Shown here: piece by piece, positions 8,836-20,300 of the stretch | Position numbering within the stretch: position 1 is the first letter of the stretch | How the letters are laid out: each line of letters begins with the position of its first letter | NCBI GenBank assembly: GCA_900316125.1 | Contig: ONBO01000003.1 | Location: 418-64,417, forward strand | Length of the DNA: 64,000 bases | From: an uncultured Bacteroidales bacterium | GTDB taxonomy: Bacteria; Bacteroidota; Bacteroidia; Bacteroidales; Paludibacteraceae | Direction: 5' to 3' | Notes under the pieces: generated by a model | What the model saw: the letters and a program-made list of their open reading frames with translations, nothing else | Told to the model about the DNA's origin: nothing | The model's database searches: none | Program-made: the position numbers and the translations under genes

Positions 8836-10041
8836 ATGAGAGATTTCCAGCAGACAGACCAGAATGGTTTTTACGGCTCATTTGGTGGGGCGTACATTCC
8901 AGAGATATTGTACAAGACGGTAGAGAATCTTAAAGAGAGCTACCTTAGTGTGATAGAGAGCGAATCCTTTAAAAAGGAGTACCACGCACTACTTAAAGAC
9001 TACGTGGGGCGTCCGAGCCCGCTCTACTACGCTAAGCGCATGAGTGAGAAGTATGGATGTCAGCTCTACCTGAAGAGGGAGGACTTGAACCATACCGGCG
9101 CACATAAGATAAACAACGCCATAGGTCAGGCATTGCTTGCAAAAAGGTTAGGCAAGAAACGCATAATTGCAGAGACGGGAGCAGGACAGCATGGTGTGGC
9201 AACCGCTACTGTATGCGCCCTGATGAACATGCCATGCCGTGTGTATATGGGTGCGCTTGACGTGGAGCGCCAGCACGTTAACGTGGAGCGTATGCGTATG
9301 CTTGGAGCAGAGGTGTTTCCTGTTCAGAGCGGCAACAAAACCCTGAAGGACGCAACTAACGAGGCCATCAGGGACTGGTGCTGCCACCCTGCAGACACAT
9401 TCTACATAATAGGTTCAACAGTAGGCCCTCACCCCTACCCCGATATGGTGGCACGCCTGCAAAGCGTTATATCAGAGGAGATAAAGTGGCAGCTTGAGGA
9501 GCACATAGGCCGTGACTATCCAGACTACATACTGGCATGCGTTGGAGGCGGAAGCAACGCCGCAGGTGCCATATACCACTTCCTAAACAATGAGAAAGTG
9601 CGCATTGTGCTTGCTGAAGCTGGCGGACTGGGCATGGAGACAGACAAGACCGCCGCATCGCTGCAGATAGGCACAACCGGCATACTGCACGGAAGCCGTA
9701 TAAAACTTATGCAGACCGCCGATGGGCAGATTGTGGAGCCATATTCAATATCGGCGGGACTTGACTACCCTGGCACAGGCCCTCTGCACTGCAACCTCTA
9801 TGAAACAGGTAGAGCCAAAGTGCTTGCTGTTAATGATGATGAGGCTCTGCAGGCTGCATTTGAGCTCACAAGGCTTGAGGGCATAATTCCGGCACTCGAA
9901 AGCAGCCATGCCCTTGCCCTGCTACCAAAAATGAAATTCAAAAAAGATGATGTGGTGGTTTTGAACGTAAGCGGGCGCGGTGACAAAGACCTTAACACAT
10001 ATCTAGCACATAAAGATGAAATAGACTATGACAAAATTTAA
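8836..10041 (+). CDS. trpB: Tryptophan synthase beta chain
   Basis: 401 aa. It has the PLP-lysine region ([12 protein letters not shown]) and GGGSNA. It is the first gene of the operon. Confidence 0.93.
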   Translation: MRDFQQTDQNGFYGSFGGAYIPEILYKTVENLKESYLSVIESESFKKEYHALLKDYVGRPSPLYYAKRMSEKYGCQLYLKREDLNHTGAHKINNAIGQALLAKRLGKKRIIAETGAGQHGVATATVCALMNMPCRVYMGALDVERQHVNVERMRMLGAEVFPVQSGNKTLKDATNEAIRDWCCHPADTFYIIGSTVGPHPYPDMVARLQSVISEEIKWQLEEHIGRDYPDYILACVGGGSNAAGAIYHFLNNEKVRIVLAEAGGLGMETDKTAASLQIGTTGILHGSRIKLMQTADGQIVEPYSISAGLDYPGTGPLHCNLYETGRAKVLAVNDDEALQAAFELTRLEGIIPALESSHALALLPKMKFKKDDVVVLNVSGRGDKDLNTYLAHKDEIDYDKI

Positions 10042-11428
10042 ATACCATACAGAATCAAAAAGCATATTAGGTGACCTTCTCACCCCTGTAAGCGCCTACC
10101 TTAAGGTTAGGGACGCATATCCGCAGAGTGCGCTGCTTGAAAGCTCTGACTATCATGGCGGAGAAAACGCCAAATCCTTTATTGCACTACACCCAATAGG
10201 CACAGTGAGCATAGCACACGGTACGGGACGTCTGGAATACCCCGATGGCAGCACCGTAGAACACAAGATTGAGGCTGGCTACACATCGGCGGACCTTATA
10301 AATGAATTTCTTAAATCATTCAGCATAGAGGGCGCCGATGCAAAATATTGTGGACTTTACGGCTACACTTCTTTCAATTCAGTGCGCTATTTTGAAAATA
10401 TAAAGGTGAAAGATGAGGTTCAGGAGAAAAACGACGCACCTGATTTGCTCTACATTCTTTACAAAGATGTGGTTGTGTTTAACCACTTTAGCAATGAGCT
10501 GACCATAATTGAAATGCTCTCTGATGGAGAGAGAAATGACCTTGACCAGCTGGAGCGAGACCTTAAAAACCGCCCGTATCAAGCGTACAACTTCAGCCCC
10601 GTGGGTGAGTGTACAAGCACGCTCACTGATGATGAGCACCGTGAGAACATACGCCGAGGCATTGCCCACTGCATGAGAGGAGACGTATTCCAGATAGTGC
10701 TGTCAAGAAGGTTCATACAGCGTTACAGCGGTGATGACTTTAAGCTATACCGTGCGTTGAGAAGCATAAATCCAAGTCCTTACCTCTTCTATTTTGACTT
10801 TGGCGGATTCAGAATATTCGGCTCCTCACCTGAGACTCACTGCAAGATTGAGAACCGCCACGCATACATTGACCCTATTGCAGGCACCACCAAGCGTACT
10901 GGCAATACGGAACAGGACCGCAAAAATGCTGAGTATCTGCGGAATGATCCTAAAGAGAATGCAGAGCATGTAATGCTTGTGGATCTGGCACGTAATGACC
11001 TGTCACGCAACTGCCACGGTGTGCACGTTGATTTCTATAAGGATATGCAGTTCTACAGCCATGTGATTCACCTTGTGAGCCGTGTAAGCGGAGAACTTGA
11101 CCCCGATGCAGACCCAGTGCAGGCATTTATTGACACATTCCCTGCCGGAACCCTTAGCGGTGCTCCAAAAGTGAGAGCCATGCAACTTATAAGCGAATAT
11201 GAGCCACACAACCGTGGAGCTTACGGCGGCTGCATAGGTTTTATAGGGTTTGACGGAAGCCTTAACCAGGCCATAACAATACGCACCTTTGTAAGCCGCA
11301 ACAGTGAGCTGTGGTTTCAGGCTGGCGGCGGCATTGTGGCAAAGAGCAATGTGGAGTATGAGCTACAGGAGGTAAATAACAAATTAGGGGCGCTGAGCAA
11401 AGCAATTAAAATAGCTGAAACATTATGA
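10028..11428 (+). CDS. trpE: Anthranilate synthase component I
   Basis: 466 aa with a chorismate-binding domain ([19 protein letters not shown]). It overlaps trpB by 14 nt. Confidence 0.92.
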   Translation: MTKFKYHTESKSILGDLLTPVSAYLKVRDAYPQSALLESSDYHGGENAKSFIALHPIGTVSIAHGTGRLEYPDGSTVEHKIEAGYTSADLINEFLKSFSIEGADAKYCGLYGYTSFNSVRYFENIKVKDEVQEKNDAPDLLYILYKDVVVFNHFSNELTIIEMLSDGERNDLDQLERDLKNRPYQAYNFSPVGECTSTLTDDEHRENIRRGIAHCMRGDVFQIVLSRRFIQRYSGDDFKLYRALRSINPSPYLFYFDFGGFRIFGSSPETHCKIENRHAYIDPIAGTTKRTGNTEQDRKNAEYLRNDPKENAEHVMLVDLARNDLSRNCHGVHVDFYKDMQFYSHVIHLVSRVSGELDPDADPVQAFIDTFPAGTLSGAPKVRAMQLISEYEPHNRGAYGGCIGFIGFDGSLNQAITIRTFVSRNSELWFQAGGGIVAKSNVEYELQEVNNKLGALSKAIKIAETL

Positions 11429-11991
11429 AAAACATTGTAATCATAGATAATTATGACTCATTTACATACAATCTGAGTCACCTTACAAAAGAGCTTGGCG
11501 CAAAAGTCACAGTTTATAGGAATGACAAATTCCAGTTACCTGATTTAGAAGCTTTTGATAAAATAATACTATCCCCTGGTCCTGGCATACCAAGCGAGGC
11601 GGGTCTCCTTCTTGACACCATACGATGCTACGCAGGCAAGAAACCCATATTGGGCGTATGCCTCGGACATCAGGCCATAGGAGAGGCGTTTGGCGGCACA
11701 CTTACAAACCTAAGTGAAGTATTCCATGGCGTAGCCACCCCGATGCACATAGTAGCAAATGATTACATCTACAGCAGTCTGCCAGATACCATTGAGGTGG
11801 GACGCTACCACTCATGGGTGGTGAACCGTAATGGTTTACCTGAATGTCTTGAAATTACAGGCGTGTCAGATGAGGGCTACATCATGTCATTGCGTCATAA
11901 GGAGTTTGACATCCGTGGCATACAGTACCACCCTGAGAGCATACTAACAAAAGAGGGGCGTGTAATTCTAAAAAACTGGATTGAAAAATGA
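11425..11991 (+). CDS. trpG: Anthranilate synthase component II (glutamine amidotransferase)
   Basis: 188 aa with class I GATase motifs (GVCLGHQ, the catalytic Cys, and HPES). It has an ATGA overlap with trpE. Confidence 0.92.
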   Translation: MKNIVIIDNYDSFTYNLSHLTKELGAKVTVYRNDKFQLPDLEAFDKIILSPGPGIPSEAGLLLDTIRCYAGKKPILGVCLGHQAIGEAFGGTLTNLSEVFHGVATPMHIVANDYIYSSLPDTIEVGRYHSWVVNRNGLPECLEITGVSDEGYIMSLRHKEFDIRGIQYHPESILTKEGRVILKNWIEK

Positions 11992-12986
11992 AAACATACC
12001 TGACAAGACTTGCCGGAGGTGATACACTGAGCCGTGAGGAGACTCGTGAAATACTGCTTCGCATTACACGTAGCGAACTGAATGACTGCCAGATAGCAGC
12101 GTTTCTCATGGCCATTCAGACAAGAGGCATAACTGTGGATGAAATATTAGGTCTGAGAGACGGGATATTAGAGACGGGCAAGAGTGTGGATTTATCTGAT
12201 TATGACAACACTCTTGACATTGTGGGTACTGGCGGCGATGGCAAGAATACATTCAACATTTCCACCTGTGCGGCGTTTGTAATAGCCGGAGCAGGATATA
12301 AAGTTACCAAGCACGGCAACGGAGGCAGCACCAGTGTAAGCGGTGCAAGCAACGTGCTCATGAACCACGGTGTAAAGTTCACAGATAACATAGACACGCT
12401 GCGCCGCTCTCTTGACGAGGCTGGGATCTGCTATCTGCACGCTCCCCTGTTTGCCTACGGCATGAAGTTTGTGGGTCCTGTGCGCAAGGCGTTAGGCATA
12501 CCCACCTGCTTTAACATCTTAGGCCCGCTTGTAAACCCTTCAAGGCCAAAAAGTTCACTCCACGGCACCGCCACTCCGGCACAGATGCGCCTCTACACCA
12601 ATGCACACCAGAGAATAGGAGACAACTTTGGTGTACTCAGCAGCTATGACGGCTATGATGAAATATCGCTTACCAGCGGTTTCAAACTTATAACAAACAA
12701 CTTTGAGAAGGTGTTCACCCCTAAAGACCTTGGGTTCAACTACGTGGAGCCTGCCGAAATATATGGTGGTGAGACTGCCGCTGATGCCATGAAGATATTT
12801 GACAGCGTACTGGAGGGCACATCCACCGAGGCGCAGAAAAACGTGGTGCTTGCAAACGCAGCCTGCGGCATAAGCATAATGGACAGGAATCTCAGCATAG
12901 CTGAGAGCGTGGCTCTAGCTCAGGAATCACTTGAATCAGGCAAAGCACTAAGCGCATTAAAGAAATTTATAGAGATAAACTCATGA
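11988..12986 (+). CDS. trpD: Anthranilate phosphoribosyltransferase
   Basis: 332 aa with the motifs DIVGTGGDG and KHGN. It has a 4-nt overlap with trpG. Confidence 0.92.
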   Translation: MKTYLTRLAGGDTLSREETREILLRITRSELNDCQIAAFLMAIQTRGITVDEILGLRDGILETGKSVDLSDYDNTLDIVGTGGDGKNTFNISTCAAFVIAGAGYKVTKHGNGGSTSVSGASNVLMNHGVKFTDNIDTLRRSLDEAGICYLHAPLFAYGMKFVGPVRKALGIPTCFNILGPLVNPSRPKSSLHGTATPAQMRLYTNAHQRIGDNFGVLSSYDGYDEISLTSGFKLITNNFEKVFTPKDLGFNYVEPAEIYGGETAADAMKIFDSVLEGTSTEAQKNVVLANAACGISIMDRNLSIAESVALAQESLESGKALSALKKFIEINS

Positions 12987-13783
12987 CACAGGACATTCTC
13001 TCAAATATAACAGCGCAAAAAAGGATTGAGGTGGCTAAAGACAAGTCTTTAACCCCGCCTGCGGTGCTTTATAAATCAGTGGAGCTCCTAATGTCTGAAA
13101 ACTATGACACACGGAGCATGAGCGGCTCTCTAATGGCAAGCGCACACGGAATTATTGCAGAGTTTAAGCGCAAAAGCCCGTCAAAAGGCTGGATTCACCC
13201 CGATGTGGAGCCCGAGGATGTGGTACCATGCTACGCAAAAGCAGGCGCAGCCGCACTAAGCATACTCACTGACACAGATTTTTTTGGAGGATGCAGGGAG
13301 TTTATAAAGAGAGTGCGCCCCATGGTGCAGACCCCCATACTGCGCAAGGATTTCATAATTGACGAATACCAGATATTCCAAGCCAAGGAGATAGGAGCTG
13401 ATGCAGTGCTGCTAATTGCAGCCTGCCTGAGCAAACAGGAGTGTGAGAGCCTTATAAACATGGCTCATAACCTGAATCTAGAGGTCTTACTGGAGATGCA
13501 CAGCGAGTCTGAGCTTGACTACGCCACTCTCGGCGCTGATATGCTTGGCATTAACAACCGCAATCTTGGAACCTTTGTAACAGACGTGAACAACTCATTC
13601 AAGATGGCGGAGCTTCTGCCAAAAGAGAGGCTTAAAGTGAGCGAGAGCGGCATAAGCAACCCAGAAACAATAAGACAGTTAAGAGCTGCAGGGTTTAGAG
13701 GCTTCCTTATAGGAGAAACATTCATGAAAGAGAGCAACCCTGGTGCGGCATTGGAGAATTTTATAAAAAACATAGCTGAATGA
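12983..13783 (+). CDS. trpC: Indole-3-glycerol phosphate synthase
   Basis: 266 aa with the motifs IAEFKRKSPSKG and LRKDFI. It has a 4-nt overlap with trpD. Confidence 0.92.
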   Translation: MTQDILSNITAQKRIEVAKDKSLTPPAVLYKSVELLMSENYDTRSMSGSLMASAHGIIAEFKRKSPSKGWIHPDVEPEDVVPCYAKAGAAALSILTDTDFFGGCREFIKRVRPMVQTPILRKDFIIDEYQIFQAKEIGADAVLLIAACLSKQECESLINMAHNLNLEVLLEMHSESELDYATLGADMLGINNRNLGTFVTDVNNSFKMAELLPKERLKVSESGISNPETIRQLRAAGFRGFLIGETFMKESNPGAALENFIKNIAE

Positions 13784-14397
13784 TAGTAAAAGTATGCGGC
13801 ATGCGTGAGCCTGACAATATTAGGGATGTGGAGGCTCTCCACCCTGACATGATGGGCTTTATATGCTGGGAGAAATCTCCCAGATATGTAGCCGCAGTGC
13901 CGTCATACCTGCCTAAGTGCCAGAGAGTGTGCGTTTTTGTAAATCCTTCAATTAACTACGCACTCCAGATGGCGGATAGTTTTAAGGCAGATCATCTACA
14001 GCTGCACGGCAGTGAGACACCAGACTTCTGTCAGGAGCTAAAGCAAGCCACCGGACTTAAAATAATTAAAGCCATTTCCATTGCAAACTCTGCTGACATT
14101 GAAAAAAGCAAAAAATACCAAGGTATAGCAGACATTATGCTTTTTGACACCAAGTGCGCCACGGTGGGCGGCAGCGGAGTAAAATTTGACTGGAGCATAC
14201 TTGACAGTTACTCTGGCACCACCCCGTTCCTGCTTTCAGGCGGGATAGGACCGGATGACGCAGAAAGTATACTATCCATAAAACACCCAATGTTTGCAGG
14301 AGTTGACCTTAACAGCGGCTTTGAAAGTTCTCCGGCAGTAAAAGATATACCAAAACTAAAAAAATTCATAACAAGCATACGATATGAACAGAATTAA
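13780..14397 (+). CDS. trpF: Phosphoribosylanthranilate isomerase
   Basis: 205 aa. It starts MIVKVCGM and carries the LSGGI motif. It has a 4-nt overlap with trpC. Confidence 0.9.
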   Translation: MIVKVCGMREPDNIRDVEALHPDMMGFICWEKSPRYVAAVPSYLPKCQRVCVFVNPSINYALQMADSFKADHLQLHGSETPDFCQELKQATGLKIIKAISIANSADIEKSKKYQGIADIMLFDTKCATVGGSGVKFDWSILDSYSGTTPFLLSGGIGPDDAESILSIKHPMFAGVDLNSGFESSPAVKDIPKLKKFITSIRYEQN

Positions 14398-15160
14398 CCA
14401 ACTATTTGCAAACAAGAAACAGAATATTCTCTCCATATATTTTTGTGCAGGCCATCCAAAGGCCGGAAACTGCGCAGAGGTGATAACATCGCTGGAGCGC
14501 AACGGCATAGACATGATAGAAGTGGGCATACCGTTCAGTGACCCTATGGCAGACGGTCCTGTGATACAGAGCGCAGCCACCGCCTCACTCAGAAACGGCA
14601 CCACCCTTAGCGGAATATTCTCAGAACTTGAGGGCATACGCCAGAGTGTGAACATACCGCTGGTGCTTATGGGCTACCTGAATCCGATATACCACTTTGG
14701 TTATGAGAAGTTCTTTTGCAAATGCAGTGAGACAGGCATTGACGGAGTCATAATCCCTGACCTGCCTTTCAAGGACTACATAGAAGAGGTGAAACCCATA
14801 GCAGACCGCTATGACATTCGAGTAATCATGCTTATAACACCTGAGACCAGCGATGAGCGCATACGCTTCATTGACAGCAATACGGACGGATTCATCTATA
14901 TGGTTTCAAGTGCGGCCGTAACAGGCGCACAGAAAGAGTTTGATGCGGCAAAACAGGCATACTTCAATCATGTTAACAGCATGAATCTGACACAGCCGAG
15001 AATGATAGGTTTTGGCATAAGCAACCGCGCCACGCTTGAGAGCGCACAGAAAAACGCAGCCGGATGTATTATTGGCAGTAAGTTTGTATCTTTGCTTGAA
15101 GAGGCAGGCGGCGATGCAGACAAAGCCTGCGCAGAACTAAGAAAAGCGCTGGAGCTTTAA
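14384..15160 (+). CDS. trpA: Tryptophan synthase alpha chain
   Basis: 258 aa with the motif EVGIPFSDPMADGPVIQ. It overlaps trpF by 14 nt. Confidence 0.93.
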   Translation: MNRINQLFANKKQNILSIYFCAGHPKAGNCAEVITSLERNGIDMIEVGIPFSDPMADGPVIQSAATASLRNGTTLSGIFSELEGIRQSVNIPLVLMGYLNPIYHFGYEKFFCKCSETGIDGVIIPDLPFKDYIEEVKPIADRYDIRVIMLITPETSDERIRFIDSNTDGFIYMVSSAAVTGAQKEFDAAKQAYFNHVNSMNLTQPRMIGFGISNRATLESAQKNAAGCIIGSKFVSLLEEAGGDADKACAELRKALEL

Positions 15161-15172
15161 CACTCCAGCCTT

Positions 15173-16747
15173 TTATCCATTGTTATCCACCACATCAATT
15201 TCATTGCCGTCCTTGTCTGTAAACCTATATTGCAGGTACGGCATGTTTTGATCTGGTAATATGTTAAGACGGAACCAGTAACGGAAGCGCATCTTGCATC
15301 GCAGGCTGATAAAGCCCTTGGTCATATAGGCATAAACAAACGGATGAACCCACAGAGTGGCACGCTTTACATTCATAACCTTGAACACAAAGTAAGCCTT
15401 GCGCTCCAGAAGGTCTGTGAAAAGTATTGATGAAGTGGTTTTACCTGAGCCTCCGCACGTAGGGCAAATCTCCTTGGTGTTTACGTATGTGGCAGGACGC
15501 ACTCTCTGGCGTGTAATCTGCATAAGTCCGAATTTAGATAGCGGCAGAACGTTGTGCTTTGCACTGTCATTCTTCAAGTTCTCCACCATACGCTCATAAA
15601 CCTGCTGTTTATGCTTCTCATTATGCATATCTATGAGGTCAATTATAACTATGCCGCCCATATCTCTGAGCCGCATCTGATGCGCCACTTCATCTACAGC
15701 CATCATATTAACCTCAAAAGCATTTGACTCCTGGCTGTCCTGGTCTTTCTGTATGCGGATGCCACTGTTTACGTCAACCACGTGCATAGCCTCAGTAGTG
15801 TCAATAACCAAATACGCACCCTTCTTGAATGGAACAATCCTGCCAAAAGACGCCTTAATCTGCTTGGTTACGTTATACACGTCAAACAGCGGAAGTTCAT
15901 CATCGTAGAACTTCACAATATCACTTTTGGTAGGCTCTATAAGGCTTATGTAAGACTTTATCTCTTCATAGAACTCACGGTCATTCACCACGATGCTCTC
16001 AAAGTTGCGGTTCAGATTATCTCTGAGCACAGCCTCAGCCCTGTTAATCTCCTCCAGAATAAGAGAAGGAACCTGTTTGCGCTTTGCGGAAATACGGGCC
16101 AGAGCCTCCTCCCAGCGCTTTACTAAAATGACAAGTTCATTCTTAAGCTCATCAGCCTCCTTACCCTCAGCCACAGTACGCACTATGGCGCCGTAATTCT
16201 TTGGACGAGCAGCATTTACAATCTTTCTAAGGCGGTTACGCTCCTTACTCTGCACAATTTTCTGTGAAACAGACACCTTATTTGAGAACGGCATCAGAAC
16301 AAGCGAGCGTCCGGCAAGACTTATCTCCGTGGTAAGCCTTGGGCCTTTGGTGGATATAGGTTCCTTGGTCACCTGAACCAGTATCTCCTGCCCTGCTGTA
16401 AGTGTATTTGAGATAAGACCGTCTTTTGTGGTCTCATCCTTAAACTCAACCTTGTTCATTGAGAGCTGGCGCCCCTTGCCCTTAGGCATATCCTGCAAGA
16501 AACGGTCAATAGTGAAGAAATTGGCGCCGAGGTCAAGGTAATGCAGAAAGCCCTCCTTCTCATACCCCACCTCCACAAACGCCGCATTAAGTCCCGGCAA
16601 AAGTTTCTTAACCTTTGCAAGGTAAATATTCCCAACGGCAAAAGTGGATGTCCTGCTCTCCTTTGTGTACTCCACAAGCGAGGAATCCTCTGTGAGAGCA
16701 ATATCAATTACACCATCCGTTACATTTAGAAGAAGTCTGCTTTCCAT
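15173..16747 (-). CDS. rng: Rne/Rng-family ribonuclease (RNase E/G)
   Basis: 524 aa. It has an S1 domain (GNIYLAKVKKLLPGLNAAFVEVG), a DNase I-like/Zn-link region (VIDTTEAMHVVDVNSG) and a CPTCGGSG motif. Confidence 0.88.
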   Translation of the reverse strand: MESRLLLNVTDGVIDIALTEDSSLVEYTKESRTSTFAVGNIYLAKVKKLLPGLNAAFVEVGYEKEGFLHYLDLGANFFTIDRFLQDMPKGKGRQLSMNKVEFKDETTKDGLISNTLTAGQEILVQVTKEPISTKGPRLTTEISLAGRSLVLMPFSNKVSVSQKIVQSKERNRLRKIVNAARPKNYGAIVRTVAEGKEADELKNELVILVKRWEEALARISAKRKQVPSLILEEINRAEAVLRDNLNRNFESIVVNDREFYEEIKSYISLIEPTKSDIVKFYDDELPLFDVYNVTKQIKASFGRIVPFKKGAYLVIDTTEAMHVVDVNSGIRIQKDQDSQESNAFEVNMMAVDEVAHQMRLRDMGGIVIIDLIDMHNEKHKQQVYERMVENLKNDSAKHNVLPLSKFGLMQITRQRVRPATYVNTKEICPTCGGSGKTTSSILFTDLLERKAYFVFKVMNVKRATLWVHPFVYAYMTKGFISLRCKMRFRYWFRLNILPDQNMPYLQYRFTDKDGNEIDVVDNNG

Positions 16748-16761
16748 AATTTTTAATAAAC

Positions 16762-16806
16762 AAAAAAAAGGAACAAACCCGCCCTTGCAGGCTAAAGTTC
16801 GTTCCT
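16762..16806 (-). terminator. Intrinsic terminator-like hairpin after the small basic-peptide gene, 15 nt before the rng start
   Basis: On the minus strand, GGAACGAAC (16805-16797) pairs with GTTTGTTCC (16778-16770) with one G-U pair. Eight T follow (16769-16762). Confidence 0.65.
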
Positions 16807-16830
16807 ATTTTTCAGACTGAACGTCAACTG

Positions 16831-16920
16831 TTACTTATGTTTGTGACGATTCTTTCTCAGTCTTTTCTTACGCTTGTGAGTAGACATTTTATGTCTTTTT
16901 CTCTTCTTTCCGCTTGGCAT
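16831..16920 (-). CDS. 29-aa highly basic peptide, bS22-like small ribosomal protein candidate (not in the ORF track)
   Basis: The ORF runs from ATG to TAA and encodes MPSGKKRKRHKMSTHKRKKRLRKNRHKHK. It lies 32 nt downstream of hup and is followed by a terminator. The composition and KRxRMxxxKHRKxLR-type pattern resemble the mycobacterial bS22 family. Confidence 0.6.
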   Translation of the reverse strand: MPSGKKRKRHKMSTHKRKKRLRKNRHKHK

Positions 16921-16952
16921 AATAGTATAGTATTAAATTATTTCCTTAATAA

Positions 16953-17228
16953 TTACTTGCTAACTTTCTCAATAAAAGTTTTTGCAGGCTTGAATGCAGG
17001 AATTGAGTGAGCAGGAATATTGATGGTTGTGTTCTTTGAAATATTACGTGCAACCTTGGCAGCGCGCTCTTTAACAATGAAGCTACCAAAACCTCTCAGA
17101 TAAACATTCTCTTTAGCCTCAAGAGACTTCTTAACCTCTTCCATGAAAGACTCCACCACCTGCATAACAGCAACTTTATCAATGCCGGTGCTATTGGAAA
17201 TTTCGTTTACAATTTCAGCTTTTGTCAT
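16953..17228 (-). CDS. hup: DNA-binding protein HU
   Basis: 91 aa. MTKAEIVNEIS...LRGFGSF...R.ARN matches the HU/IHF fold signature. Confidence 0.93.
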   Translation of the reverse strand: MTKAEIVNEISNSTGIDKVAVMQVVESFMEEVKKSLEAKENVYLRGFGSFIVKERAAKVARNISKNTTINIPAHSIPAFKPAKTFIEKVSK

Positions 17229-17270
17229 AGTTGTATGTTGTTTTTAATTATGTATTTCGCAATTGGACTG

Positions 17271-17278
17271 CAAATATA
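17271..17278 (-). promoter_or_regulatory. -7 box (TATATTTG) for hup
   Basis: The reverse complement of caaatata matches TAnnTTTG, 43 nt upstream of the hup ATG. Confidence 0.45.
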
Positions 17279-17318
17279 GTATCTTTTTACGTAACATTAT
17301 AATAATCTGCTGTTTTTT

Positions 17319-20300
17319 TTAATATTTTTTGAATTTACCAGCTTTTACTCGCTTATCGCTGGAATATACAATATTATATATAAACACGCCTCTCTTCTCT
17401 TCATTATAGAGATATCCTTCAGCACACGGAGCGCATATATCCTCACAGTTAGGGTCAACAACAGGAACTTTGGCTATACGCTCTATGGCTCCAGCAAGAT
17501 TCATAATAACCACACTTATATTCTCACATCTTGTGGTGAAACGCCACCCTTCAGTATCAGAGCCTGTGATGCAGACATCATTCTCAGAAGGGACTGTGGT
17601 AGGGTCAAAATCAGCAGAAACAAAATGCACTGTGTACTTATCCTTATGCACGCAATCCTGCGCCACCACCTGCACCTCAACTGCAATCTCTGTTTCAGAT
17701 TCACTTCTCACAACCATCACACCTTGGCCGCTCTCCATAGCAGTAAATGTTACAAGTTCCTTATCCACCGTACTGGCTCCAAACGGCAGCTTTATTTCAT
17801 AGTCATGCACATCAGGGCTGAAATTATCCAGAATTACATCCTTGTAATATATAGCCTGAAGTTTTGTGTTATCAGACAGTTTGATAGATGTTTTAATCAC
17901 ATAGTTTGCTGTTTTTCCGCTTGCCGCCACCGATGTCAGGGTTATGCTCTCACGTGTAACCTGACGCATTGACACTTTGGCGTTAGGGCTCAAGGTCTTG
18001 TACTCCACGTCTTTCACCAGTGGTATAAAAGAGGAGTCTGTATAGGCCTCATGCTCTACAGTGTAAACTGGACGGTCCGGATCAAAACCCTCTATGGTCT
18101 TACCAAACACCCTTAAATCACTGAGTCTGGCCTCATCATCAGGCTGTATCAGAAAATCAACCACATACTCATTAGGCACACCCACCTCAGAGACCACATC
18201 AAGCACCACATTAACATGAGATGCATCAACCACTGTGATTTTTGGAGTTACAGTCTGGGAGCCTGGAGGCGTAAGGTCATAAGTAATTTCCACATCGGTC
18301 GATGTCCCGTATGGGAGCTTCACTTCATATTCGTTCACATTCGGGTCAAACCCTTCAACCTTTATACCGTTGTAATATATCATATCAAGCGTACCCACAT
18401 CACTTGGCACAGGTGATATTTCCACCGTGTAGTTTTTATCATTACTACCGTCAGCGGATTTTACCGTGATATTATAAACAGAGCTTTCTCCCTTTATCTC
18501 AGTGGTTACTGTCTGGTCCTCCGCAAACTTTACTGCCTCTATCACTGGTATTTTATACTCTCCAGCTTTACGTTTCACATAGTAATAGGTACTATCCGGC
18601 TTAAAGTCAAGTTCGTGTCCTATTACCTTGATGTTTTTAAGATCAGCCACATCTTTATCACCCTGCAAAAATAATATTTTGTATGAGACAGACTCTTTGA
18701 GTGACTCGGAAACAGCGGTAACAGTAACAGACAATCCTTCCTTACTCTCCGCATAATCCACATTGCATATCTGGCTTGACGATTTACCTATCACCGTTAC
18801 GTCTGGTATATAGCGGACACCTGCCGGCAGTTCATACTCATACAGGTGTTTCTCAGGATCAAAACCTTCAAGAGGCTTACCATCAACCATAATTGATTTT
18901 ACGCCCACATTATCAGTCTTGCTTCTGGTAACATTAAGGTTGTAGTCTGTATATGTGCCATCCTCAGCATAACTTCTTATGCTTATATGATGCACATTAT
19001 CCTTATACTCACCATAAGTAATGTCATACATCTGGTCCTCCACCTCGCCTTCTATCTCTATCAAAGGTGTTCCAGTGCTTTCTGAGCTTATTATTGCCAT
19101 GACATCAGTACCGTTTATTACAGCCTTTTTACCATCCACTGTAATTTTAGCAATCTTAGAACTGTACTTAAACCTAATGTAATCAACTATGAGTTGGGAA
19201 CAGAGGTCATAGCTAACTGGATCAAATCCATTTTTATAATATGGAAAATCTTTAACACTGTTATACTTTGCACTGTTGACAATTATATTAAGCTGGCTTG
19301 GATTCTTGAATTTACCTGTTATTGGTACACTCTTAACCTTCCATGTGTCATTATATTCATAATCCTTAAAAGAGTATGTCTTAGTGCCACTGTCATCTGT
19401 CAGATAACAATCCATGTGAATGTAGTTATCGTCGATGCCTATATAGTCCTTGTTGTTTGAGACTGGATTGTATCTCATCTCAATGGCATCAGGTGTATTA
19501 TGGAACGGTATGCCTCCTGAGATCTTTACAGTGGTGTAACTGGCCGCCTTAAAATCAACCGCTATATCACCTAAAGTCATAAGGCCAGGGAAACGGCCAG
19601 CCAAAAACCAATAATTACGTACCGTTTTTAGAGTAACCTGACCTTCTCCCTTTTCAATAAGGTATTTGGTGTTAAATCGTCCGTAGGAGCTTTCCACATC
19701 AGCAGGGACAACCCAGCCCTTGGGTTTATCTGTTTTCTTCTCTTCTGAATGCATACATTTAGTCCACTCATCAAACTCACCATTAGGTATCTCATCATTC
19801 TCATAGTGCAGGTATAAGTCATATCTGGCGGGACCGAGTTTACCTGAACCTCCAGTTTCAAACCTTACATGGTTGTTTTCAGAGATGGTCTTATTAAAGG
19901 GGACATCAGCAACCGCTTCAATGCTTTTGGGAGCCCTCTTTACATTTATTATGTACTTGAATTTATCTGGTCTGAAATTTTCAATCGGCTTACCATCTAC
20001 AACAATGCCTTTAATTGCATTGTAAGATTTATGTCTGTTAAAATGGAGGGTGTATCTCACATTTTCCACACCTTTCTGATTTGATATGACATCCAAAAAA
20101 GCATGACCATTATCAGCCGTTGACAGAACTACAGACTGGACATCATAACTCTTTACATACCTCACAACCAACGAGTCTGACATATTTGTTTCAACGTTAT
20201 ATTCAAACACATTAGGATTAAAGTTTTCAACTTCACTGCCATTCACGTTTATGGATTTAAGACGGTTATTCTTACCCGTATAATCATGAACATACCTTAG

